64,000 nt of DNA from a virus (Duplodnaviria; Caudoviricetes): positions 8,360-72,359 of the IMG/VR virus record IMGVR_UViG_3300009169_000019; one strand, 5' to 3'. Position numbers and translations under genes: made by a program. Of this stretch, positions 40,086-49,900 are shown piece by piece. The notes under the pieces are model-generated. The model had not been told where the DNA came from. It ran no database searches and saw nothing but the letters and a program-made list of their open reading frames with translations. The number at the start of each line of letters is the position of its first letter. The stretch's first letter is position 1.

Positions 40086-42947
40086 TTAATCTAAAAATTC
40101 TAACTGACCACCAGCTTTTAAAAATTGTTGAATTTGATCTTCATCCATTTCTACCACCTGTCCACCAAGTTGACCACCTTTTTTCATAAGTTCAATGTGT
40201 ATATGATCATTCTCATATATTATATCTTCAATGCCAAATTGTTTTTTAATTGATGGATTGGATTTTAAATAATTTTTTAATTCGGAATATGTTTTTTTAT
40301 TTGAACTATTTGCACCAATATCTATAGCTTTATTGCTATAATGTTTTGAGCCTTTCATATGTCTGCTATCATTTCCAGAACTTAAAACTACACCAGGAAA
40401 TATTTGAGATACTACATTTGCAAAACTAATTAAATTTGGATGTAAGTTTTTAATATTAACATTTGATGATTTAGTTTTTATATTAGAAGCATTAGAATAG
40501 TTGTTATACATATTATTTCGAACTGGTTCAAGTTTTCTTAGCTCATTATAATTTATAGAATTACCTGACAATTTATTATATAAATTTAATTTTTCTTTAA
40601 AATCATTTCCCCAAGTTTTTTTGTTACCATAATCAGAACGTGGAACTATATCATAAACAGATAAATCTCCTGATGCAGCACGTTTTGCAAATGCAGGATA
40701 ATACCAAGCTCCTAATGAATATGGACCATAATTTTTAATATGCTGCTGCATTATAGTTTTTGCAGCAATGTATTCTGCATTGGCATCTGTCTTTACAGCA
40801 TTTTTAAATTCATTAAACGTAGAATATTGTTTTTTTATTTGGGGATTTTTATATGCTTCTTTTATTGTGTCATCTGTCATTTGATAAGTACCAATAGCAC
40901 TTGCTCTTTTTCCACCTTTTCCAACAAGATTAGTTCTTTTTCCAAGAGCAGTTTCTCCAGGTGCGGAACTAGATTCAATTCCAGCAACAGCTTGCAATGC
41001 TAAATCAACATCAATATTTTCTTGTTTTGGAATTTCATAATTAGGTTGCGCATTTTGCAAAATGCGAACATAATCTTTTGGAGAAACAACAGGTGAAGAA
41101 GGAATAAATGGAGTGGTAATATTACTAAAGTCTCTAAATTCTACTTCTAGTTCTTTAGGTTTTTTCTCAATACCATACTCAGATAAAGTGGCTAAATCAG
41201 GAGTATATCCACCAACCTGATAACTAGGAACTTCCATACCATACTTACCGTACATACCTTTATAAGAAAATGTACCTGTATTATAAGGTTTAAATGCACC
41301 ATATGTAGAACCTGTTACACCATAATCACCTTTACTAGAACCTTGAGGATTTGTAAACATAGCTGCTGTACTACCCATATTCATAGCAGCAGCATCCATA
41401 TTTCTTTTTCTATTTCTTTCGTTTAATACATTACCAATAGTACCAGCAAGTTCTACACCAGTTTGCATTGTATTTGCAATTTTACCAGCAGTTCTACCAA
41501 ACTTCTGTATATCTGTTTGACCTGTTCTAAATCTAGCACCTTTTCCTTCTTCTTTAAGTTGTTCCCAAAGTTCAGGATCTTGTTTCTTTATGTTAGTTAA
41601 TTGTTTATTATCTTTAGACCATGTAGTAAAACCTGTATTTGGATCTACCGTATTACTGTATTGACTTGAATCAAAAGGTTCAATATTTTGTTGTTCTTCA
41701 TCATACTGCTCTTCATCCATATTTAATCCACCAAGGTCAGGACTTTCATATAATTCATTTCTTCTATTTCTCCTACTACCGTTTACCCCGTCACCATATA
41801 TTCCAGATTCTTGATTTTCATCTTCAATATCATATTGGAAATTTGTATCAATGTTGTACGAACCATCGCCAGAAGCAGACCAAGATTGTCCAGCAGAAAC
41901 ATCTACAGGACTACCTGATGTGGGAGGTGTAGATGATGTTACTGTAGAACCATCTTGAAAATAATATCCACTACCTGTTACATATGTACCAGAGTCTGTA
42001 TTTCTATGAAACTTACCATCCATTCCATAATACCCACCTTTTTTAAACATAGTTCTCATTGCGGGAAATATAGCAGTACCACCTTTTTCATACATGCCTC
42101 CACATTCATAACAAGGTTGACCACCTTGTTTCATTTTAGAAACATAATTAATAAGCTCGTTATTTTGTGTAGCACTACCCGTATAATTTTTTAAACCATA
42201 TGATTCAGCAAGTTTTTTTCTTTCTGCAAATGAACTGTCTTTACCTTTTGATTTTAATAAATCAACAATGCTTGAATACTTATTTAATGGTGTAGAATAA
42301 GATGCACCAATAGCCCCCACTTCACGCATTGTTTGTGCGGGAGACATTGTAGATTGCAATGTTTTAGCAGCACCAAAATCTTTTAAAGGTACAGTTTGTA
42401 AATTATTCTTAATTAATTCTTTAGGAAGATTATAATTATTTACAATAGGTGCTAAAACTTTAAGAGGTTGTAATGTTTTACTTCTATCTATATAAGGAGT
42501 ATTAGCTGCCATTCCAGGTCTTGACCACATACCAGTAGATGTTTGCCATCCTGCGGTAGGTTGATTGCTCGCATATCCTTCAAAATCAGGATTGATATAT
42601 CCGCCAGGTTCATTTACAGTAGGTATTTTATCAAAAGTTTCAACCATTGGACCAATAGCTCTACCCATTCTGTCAAATGATCTAGGTCTTTTAAAAGTAC
42701 CAGATTCATCACGTACCATTGGTTGTAGTTGTGGAGTATAATTAATCATACCTACATTTCCTTGTGTATTAACTCCAACTCTATTACGTAAATTTTCAGG
42801 AATTTCTACATTTATTCCATTTTGTGCTTCCATTAATTCACCACACATATCGGGGTAGTCTGAACAAAAAGATGCTTGATCAGGATATTGATTATAAAAA
42901 TCATCTTCTGATAATCCTGTTAATTCTAAAATACTTTGTTTATTCAT
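40086..42947 (-). CDS. virion-associated peptidoglycan hydrolase polyprotein (953 aa): DUF3597-like, lytic transglycosylase-like and M15 peptidase domains
   Basis: SIVDLLKSKGKDSSFAERKKLA...YTGSATQN; AGIESS...SAIGTYQM; SKHYSNKAID...DHIHIE. Confidence 0.75.
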   Translation of the reverse strand: MNKQSILELTGLSEDDFYNQYPDQASFCSDYPDMCGELMEAQNGINVEIPENLRNRVGVNTQGNVGMINYTPQLQPMVRDESGTFKRPRSFDRMGRAIGPMVETFDKIPTVNEPGGYINPDFEGYASNQPTAGWQTSTGMWSRPGMAANTPYIDRSKTLQPLKVLAPIVNNYNLPKELIKNNLQTVPLKDFGAAKTLQSTMSPAQTMREVGAIGASYSTPLNKYSSIVDLLKSKGKDSSFAERKKLAESYGLKNYTGSATQNNELINYVSKMKQGGQPCYECGGMYEKGGTAIFPAMRTMFKKGGYYGMDGKFHRNTDSGTYVTGSGYYFQDGSTVTSSTPPTSGSPVDVSAGQSWSASGDGSYNIDTNFQYDIEDENQESGIYGDGVNGSRRNRRNELYESPDLGGLNMDEEQYDEEQQNIEPFDSSQYSNTVDPNTGFTTWSKDNKQLTNIKKQDPELWEQLKEEGKGARFRTGQTDIQKFGRTAGKIANTMQTGVELAGTIGNVLNERNRKRNMDAAAMNMGSTAAMFTNPQGSSKGDYGVTGSTYGAFKPYNTGTFSYKGMYGKYGMEVPSYQVGGYTPDLATLSEYGIEKKPKELEVEFRDFSNITTPFIPSSPVVSPKDYVRILQNAQPNYEIPKQENIDVDLALQAVAGIESSSAPGETALGKRTNLVGKGGKRASAIGTYQMTDDTIKEAYKNPQIKKQYSTFNEFKNAVKTDANAEYIAAKTIMQQHIKNYGPYSLGAWYYPAFAKRAASGDLSVYDIVPRSDYGNKKTWGNDFKEKLNLYNKLSGNSINYNELRKLEPVRNNMYNNYSNASNIKTKSSNVNIKNLHPNLISFANVVSQIFPGVVLSSGNDSRHMKGSKHYSNKAIDIGANSSNKKTYSELKNYLKSNPSIKKQFGIEDIIYENDHIHIELMKKGGQLGGQVVEMDEDQIQQFLKAGGQLEFLD

Positions 42948-42951
42948 ATTA

Positions 42952-42968
42952 TAAACTTTTAAAGTTTA
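42952..42968. repeat. 17-bp palindrome TAAACTT-TTA-AAGTTTA
   Basis: Perfect inverted repeat 4 nt upstream of the 953-aa gene start. Confidence 0.6.
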
Positions 42969-42987
42969 ATTATTTTATATTAAACTA

Positions 42988-43003
42988 TATATTATTAATT
43001 TAC
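42988..43003 (-). promoter_or_regulatory. candidate late-promoter motif GTAAATTAATAATATA
   Basis: Shared intergenic motif. Confidence 0.45.
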
Positions 43004-43022
43004 TTAATTTTATTGAGATGTC

Positions 43023-46000
43023 CTAATTTTTAAGATATTCTAACCAATTTCTATTATCTTTCTTAACAATAGGGTTTAATGTAGATTGTCCTCCTATTGC
43101 AAACGTTTGTCCACCTTCTTCCCAAGTACCAAATCTTTTATGCCAGTATAAAGGACTAAATGGATCTGTTGCTTTAGAACTGTTTTTACCACCCATTCTA
43201 TTCCAGAAGTTTTCTCTTCTTTGTTCAGAATGGTGTTGTTTAAAATCTTGCATTCCTTTATATCCACCATGTACTACTTTATAATCATCACCTTTTTTAG
43301 CTAACACCATCCATTTTTTACCAGGTCTTGTACTTTGTTTTTTTGCACCTACTTTTGTAAAGCCCATATTTCTATATCTTTCTGGAATACCACCTCCTTC
43401 AGCATAATTTGTATCTATAAAACTATTACCTCCTCTTGGTGCATAATGATGCTCACCTATATAATTTTGATCAACAACTCCTTCACTATCACCCATAAAT
43501 TCTTGTCTTATAAAATTACCTTTTCTATCATATATATCTACAGGATAAGTTCTTGGCTGTATTAAATTTGTTAAATTTACAGTTTGTTTTGGAGAAATTG
43601 GAAGTAATTCACCACGTGTTACAATTTTAGGGTTAACTAAAGTAGGTGCTACCATTTCTAATCTTTCTAAATGTTCTATAGGATGTGTAGATGCAGGTTG
43701 ATATATTACTGGTTGTACTGGTTTTTTGTACTCAACAGCATGACTTCCTGAAAATTTAGGATTGTTATATTCTTTTCCTTTTGGTAATATTTTGTTTGCT
43801 GCACTAAGTCTTTTAAATGCTGGACTAACTTTTTTAGTATTTTTATCATACCATTTATTTAAATAGTTTATCCATACATCTTCTGCATTTGGTAAGTTGT
43901 TAACTACTTTTAAATCATTTATCAATCCTTTACTTGCATTATACAAAATTAAACTATCATTATACATTCTTTGAGCTTGTTCAAACTGTTTTCTGTCTGT
44001 ATAAACTTTAGGTGGGTTTTGTTTTTGCCCACCAGGTCCATACATAGGAATACCACCATATTCCATTTCTTCTATAGGAAGTTCCATCATTCCTTTAGTT
44101 TCAGGATTATACATCATATAATCAGATACTGAATTTGCATAATCATCTACCATAGTAAGTTTAGAACTAACCCATGGTTCTAAATTAGAATTTGGTTGAA
44201 TAAACTTACGAAGATTAGTTAGTTTATTAATAGCAGCATCAATTTGACCAATAGCCATTTCACCATCAGGTTCTCCTCCATTATTATACATAGAAATATT
44301 TCCTCCATTTTGATATTTCATACCATACATATCATTAGCTGCACGCTTATATCCTTTAGCTGCAAAATAATCAGCTATATCTTCTGTTGGAGTTTGTATA
44401 TATTCTTCCATTTGATTAGGTTGATATGATAATTGCTGAGGACCCGTTTGTATTATTGTAGGAAATACTTGATTATCTCCAAAAGACATTAATAAATTAG
44501 ATGTATTATTACTATTAGGATCTTGTCCTTCAATATATCTTGTAGGAATACCTCCTTGATAACCTAATCCAGCAGCACGTTGCATAAAATTTTTATCTTG
44601 ATTTCTTTGTAATAAAACTTTAGAAATAGCATCCATGCTTGGATCATTTACCATAGGTTTTTTTGTTCTCCAATAAACTTCTTCTTCACCTCCATCTTGA
44701 TAATGACTTTTAATTTTTCTTTCTTGATCCAACATTTGTTTTGTTGGTACTTTACCAGATCCTCTGTTATCCCTGATATTATCCCATAATCCACGTTTAG
44801 AATATGAACCATCAGCACGTTTAATCATTTCTCCACCTTGTTCTTTTTTAGGATAATATATTCTATTATATATTGAATACGGCATACCTTTTGTTCTTTT
44901 TTGAGCAAAATCTTTTAAATCATATCTATCATAATATGATAAGTAATCCCCTTGTTTATCACGACCTCTACTAACACCAAATCTACCTAATAAACCAGCT
45001 CCATCTTTTCCACTTATAGGGGTTTCAATTTCTGATTCATCCGTTTGTAAAATTTCTTCAAGTTTTACTTTATCTTTATACGAATTAAATATATCTTGTT
45101 CAAGCTGAGGATCTACAGTATAATAATTTTTATCTACAGCATTAATTGTTGGTATATATTTAGATTTTTTTAAATACTTTAATTCATCTGGTGTACTTAA
45201 ACCTAAATAAAATTTAAATGCTTCTTCACTTCTGGGGTCATAAGATTCCTCCCTTTGTTCATCCGAAACCCATCTTCCATAATTGCGTAAATCAAGATAA
45301 CTAGAAGGATTAATTGTACGATAGGCTTTTTGTCTTTGAGGTAATGTTTCAGCAGGAAATGTTCTACTATTATAATTATTATAAGCATCTACATATGCTT
45401 TTTTTAAATTAGAAATAAACCCTCCTCCTCTTTGCATCATAGGATACTCTGTAACTGGAGCTTGGTTAAATGTATAATCACCTCCAGGTTGCATCATAAT
45501 TTTTTGACCATCCGCACCAACTCCTAACACTGGATAGTTTACACCACGCATTGTAATATTAGGACTACCAATTTGTGTCACTTGTCCTGGATGGGCCCAT
45601 TGTCCTCTGTTGTCTTTTATTACCCCACCATATTTATTTTTTGGAAGATTTAAAAAATCTTCAAGAGGTAATTCATATGATTGATTAAAATAATTTTTAT
45701 AATATTCACCAACATCTTTCATTGCATCTTTTTCTGCAAGTTTAATTGCTTCTGAATTTGGTGACTTACTTACATAAGGATGATATGGATATATGTAATC
45801 TTCTATATCAGGTGCATAAATTATATTTTCACTAACAGGACCTTTATGTCTAAACTGATAAAAAGCAGTTCCTCCAGGATTTTGCAAAAAAACTGGATCA
45901 TGTGAATAAGGTAAAGATATTTTATTAGGAATTACTTTAGCGTTGGCAAGCCCTCTATAAATAAAAGAATTTTTTAAATTATCAACTGCTTTATTATATT

Positions 46001-46913
46001 CTGCTTTAGAAATATTTACACCTGGATATTTCCAACCTTCTCCTTCTTTAATATCTTCATAAATTTTTTTAGTCTCAAGATCTATATTTTTTAATCTTTC
46101 TGCTTCACTTATTGATTTAGTAAATGTTGGAATATCAATTTGTGATTCATATATTATTGGTTTTTTAATTTTAATTGTTTTTGTTGAAGGAATAATTCCA
46201 GCTAAAGGATTAGCTAAGTTATTTACAAATTGTCCTGTTGTTTTAGAACCTAATCCTGCTAAAGCTCCTACAGCTAAAGGTGCACCTATACCTGTTACAT
46301 AAGGCATGTAAGAATTAGTTACATTAGACATTAAAGGAGCTTCACCTAATCCTGCTGCCATATCATACAACATAGTAATAGGATTAAATGTATTTAAAAA
46401 TGGTTGTTCAACTTGGTTTTCATTCCACCTACCTTTATTTCTTAAAGATTGTGCATCAACATATGCACGTTCTTTAACATTCATATCTTTATATTTCTTA
46501 CTAGCTCCTGTGGGTAGAGTAAATACAGTTCCTTTTTCTTTAGCTTGTCTTGCAGATATTTCTTCTTGTAATTTTCTTCTTTCAGCATTTTTTTGTGCTA
46601 AAATAGCATTTTGCATTGCAGCTTGTTGCGCTGGTGTATATGCAACATTTGAAAAATTTCTACGGTCTACAATAGGTTTATTTTTTAGAAACAACTGATC
46701 TCTGAAATTTACTTGACCTTTATCTTGATATTGATCTAATTCTCCACCTTCTCTCATCTTAATATCACCACCACATTTATGACATGTCATAGGATCCATT
46801 CCACCATCAGATAATTTCCATGACCAACCACAATTAGAACATGTTACTTTTCTATTTAGTGAATTTTTAGATACTAATCCACCTTCTGCATATTTATCTA
46901 ACCACTTTTTCAT
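43023..46913 (-). CDS. modular polyprotein (1296 aa) of small domains separated by phi-x-x-GG motifs
   Basis: About 14 motifs (YAEGG, MREGG, NKYGG, MQRGG, KEQGG, YQDGG, YQNGG, YNNGG, MEYGG, YGPGG, YAEGG, WEEGG, FAIGG); N-terminal CxxC..CxxC ribbon; DUF5754-like basic module near the C-terminus. Confidence 0.7.
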   Translation of the reverse strand: MKKWLDKYAEGGLVSKNSLNRKVTCSNCGWSWKLSDGGMDPMTCHKCGGDIKMREGGELDQYQDKGQVNFRDQLFLKNKPIVDRRNFSNVAYTPAQQAAMQNAILAQKNAERRKLQEEISARQAKEKGTVFTLPTGASKKYKDMNVKERAYVDAQSLRNKGRWNENQVEQPFLNTFNPITMLYDMAAGLGEAPLMSNVTNSYMPYVTGIGAPLAVGALAGLGSKTTGQFVNNLANPLAGIIPSTKTIKIKKPIIYESQIDIPTFTKSISEAERLKNIDLETKKIYEDIKEGEGWKYPGVNISKAEYNKAVDNLKNSFIYRGLANAKVIPNKISLPYSHDPVFLQNPGGTAFYQFRHKGPVSENIIYAPDIEDYIYPYHPYVSKSPNSEAIKLAEKDAMKDVGEYYKNYFNQSYELPLEDFLNLPKNKYGGVIKDNRGQWAHPGQVTQIGSPNITMRGVNYPVLGVGADGQKIMMQPGGDYTFNQAPVTEYPMMQRGGGFISNLKKAYVDAYNNYNSRTFPAETLPQRQKAYRTINPSSYLDLRNYGRWVSDEQREESYDPRSEEAFKFYLGLSTPDELKYLKKSKYIPTINAVDKNYYTVDPQLEQDIFNSYKDKVKLEEILQTDESEIETPISGKDGAGLLGRFGVSRGRDKQGDYLSYYDRYDLKDFAQKRTKGMPYSIYNRIYYPKKEQGGEMIKRADGSYSKRGLWDNIRDNRGSGKVPTKQMLDQERKIKSHYQDGGEEEVYWRTKKPMVNDPSMDAISKVLLQRNQDKNFMQRAAGLGYQGGIPTRYIEGQDPNSNNTSNLLMSFGDNQVFPTIIQTGPQQLSYQPNQMEEYIQTPTEDIADYFAAKGYKRAANDMYGMKYQNGGNISMYNNGGEPDGEMAIGQIDAAINKLTNLRKFIQPNSNLEPWVSSKLTMVDDYANSVSDYMMYNPETKGMMELPIEEMEYGGIPMYGPGGQKQNPPKVYTDRKQFEQAQRMYNDSLILYNASKGLINDLKVVNNLPNAEDVWINYLNKWYDKNTKKVSPAFKRLSAANKILPKGKEYNNPKFSGSHAVEYKKPVQPVIYQPASTHPIEHLERLEMVAPTLVNPKIVTRGELLPISPKQTVNLTNLIQPRTYPVDIYDRKGNFIRQEFMGDSEGVVDQNYIGEHHYAPRGGNSFIDTNYAEGGGIPERYRNMGFTKVGAKKQSTRPGKKWMVLAKKGDDYKVVHGGYKGMQDFKQHHSEQRRENFWNRMGGKNSSKATDPFSPLYWHKRFGTWEEGGQTFAIGGQSTLNPIVKKDNRNWLEYLKN

Positions 46914-46919
46914 TTACTA

Positions 46920-49900
46920 TTATTTTTGAGATATTTGGAGTTTTGTATTAATAAATTTGAATATCATTTTAATATCCCCTCTTCCATCTACACCTTCTTT
47001 TCTTATTTCTGGAGGATTCTTTCTAAGAAGCACCTTGCTTACATTGTGTCTAAATTTCTTTTTCTGTGTAGACAACTTATAATAATCTACACTAAAAGGA
47101 TTTACAAACCAGTTATATCCATTAGGAAATGTTGTTATTAGAATATTTTCGACACCACTAAATTCTCCCCTGTCTTTTGTAATATCATTAAACTGATTAA
47201 ATCTATATTTTTGTTCTTCTTTAGAGAATAATATTTCTGTAGATCCTGTAGGATTAATTATTGGATAATTAAGATATTGGAAAGGATTAGACTTAGATTT
47301 TAAATTAAGATTAAGCAATCCAGATATTTGTTCTGAGTTATAAACAATAGCTGAATCAAAGTTATAATCTAATAAATGAAACTTATCTTGTCCATTAGCA
47401 CTGTATTTATATGCTTCTAAATAATATTCTACATTACGCATTGTAGTAACAGTAGTTCCTGTTGGAAATGCATATTCTATTTCAAATGGATGATAGGTAC
47501 CATAAAAATTACAAAAATCATCCCATCTGTCGTTATGTCTCCACAATCCAGTTTGTGTTTGAAAACAAGTTTTATATGCTGTATAAAAATGTCTCTTAGA
47601 AGGAAGCATAAATGTAGGATGCCAATCATGAAAACTAATCCATTGTTTATTCTTTACATCATAAGAAATAGTCCAAGATGCATCTTCAAAATATGCAGGG
47701 TCACATAATGAAATAGGAATTTTAGAAAAAACACTAACAGGAGGAAGTATTTCTGTGTTATATTCTAAAGATTCTGTTAATGTATATACACACACAGGTT
47801 CTTCCACACCATATGTATATTCTAAAACACCAGCACCTGAACAAGTATATTCATAATCTATAAATTCAGATTTATCATTTGTTGTAAATATTACATTAAG
47901 ATCAGAAAATGAAGTTGCATTTAATATTTCAAATTGTGTATTATCTATTAATGCAGCACCAAATCCTTCATAGGAGCCCTCAAGCTTTAATGTGTTGTTA
48001 ACTTCAGTTATCTGTATAGGATAGATATGAAGATATGTATTAGATACATCATCACCAGATGAACCCGGAAGTCTACTATCAGCATTCATTGCAGCAAGAT
48101 CTGGATCTAATATTACCTGACCATTTAATGTAATTCTAAAATTAGTATATGCTGTAGTAGGGTCTACACTATAAGAACATATTGCAACATAATAAATCTT
48201 TTCATTAGGTACATTATTCAAATAAATATTATATGTAATTGTATCATTAGGAATACCAGATGTAGCTGTTGTCTTAATCATTAGATAGTTTACAGGTCCA
48301 TCTGAAGATGTTCCTGTATCATTAATCCAAAAATTATTAAGTTGTCCAATATTAGTGTATGTACCAACAGCTGAACCATTATATCCAAGATCATACAATG
48401 CAGTTCCTAATGTGCCATATGTTACACTTCCTAAAGGTTCTGTAGAATAATTAGTTGTAGATATTACAGGTGGCTCTGTTGTAACTTGTTGACATTGACC
48501 ATTTATATACTGATATCCAGAAGGACAGTCATATGTATATAATGGCTCTACATTAACATTTATATTTCCATTATTTAAATAAAATCCAAATGCAGGATCG
48601 TATTGTATATCATTACGTTTTGGTATATAGTCTCTTTTAGAAAAATATACCACCTCATTAATATTGTCATATACAGTTGTTATACCAGCACCAATAACAG
48701 GATTATCACTTAAATTAAAATTAGGAAAATAATTAATAAGTTGTAAAGGAAGATATCTGCTAAACCACCATTTCATATTTGATTTAGAAATTTCTTCAAG
48801 TTGTCCCGTGTATGCAAAAATCTTACCTTGGTCTTGACTTACATAAAATACACCATAAGGTGTAGATGTAATACCCCATCTGCTTTGACATGAACCATAT
48901 TCATATATTTGGTCTGAATTAACAAGACTCTGTAAAGGTTGATTAAATAATCCTCCATCTCCAATTGTTACTTTAATTCCTGTATCTGTTTGTAAACTAT
49001 CAACACCCATAATTTGCATTGGGGATTGTCTATCTAACATTATTAAAGCACCTGTTTTATTTATTTGTTTTACAGAAGTAACTTTAGTAGGCATGTCTTT
49101 ATAGTTATTAACTAAAAAACTTTGCCAATTATCACGTTTAAGTTCTTCTTGTTGCGGTAAAGAATATTGAATTCTTCTTGGATAATAAGTGTAACATGTA
49201 GCCGCTACAAGTGGATTAAATGAACGTGGTAAAACTTGACCCCATGTAACAAATTGATTATACATTCTAGATACAGAAAGAGAATAATCATACTTATAAA
49301 ATGCTGAAAATTTTACATAATCGCTTCTAAATAATGTAACAAGGTCTGTGTATCCATAAGGATCATAAAATCTTTTGCTTGCTTCATCTTCCCAATCTCT
49401 ATATCCAACATTCACTTCAGATTCTACAAAAAAATCTCTTACACCATTGCAAAATAAATAAAAGTTAGCAGCATCTACTTTCCAACCAGGATCGCCATTA
49501 TAATCTTTACCAACAATAGTACCTCCTTTGTTAAGTCTATAATATTTTTTAGGGCTTATTAAAATAGAATTGTCCACATATTGTTTTCTATTATCTACAA
49601 AATAATATGTACCGACAATATTTTGATATTGTAAATAGTTATATGTAACATCTTCTGGTTGTTCAATAAGCCAATCATTAAAATATAAATAATTATTTTT
49701 CTCTGTGTACCGGTTTAAATATATGTCACCACCGAATAATATTGGTACTTCATTTATTGTATATACACAACTAGAAATGGGAATTTGTCTAATAGAATCA
49801 ATCTGCCCATACTGCGATGCAAAATCTACTTTAATTGCACCATAATTAGATGATATTGTTCTTGTAAAACAATCCCCATTTACACCTAATATATTTTTAG

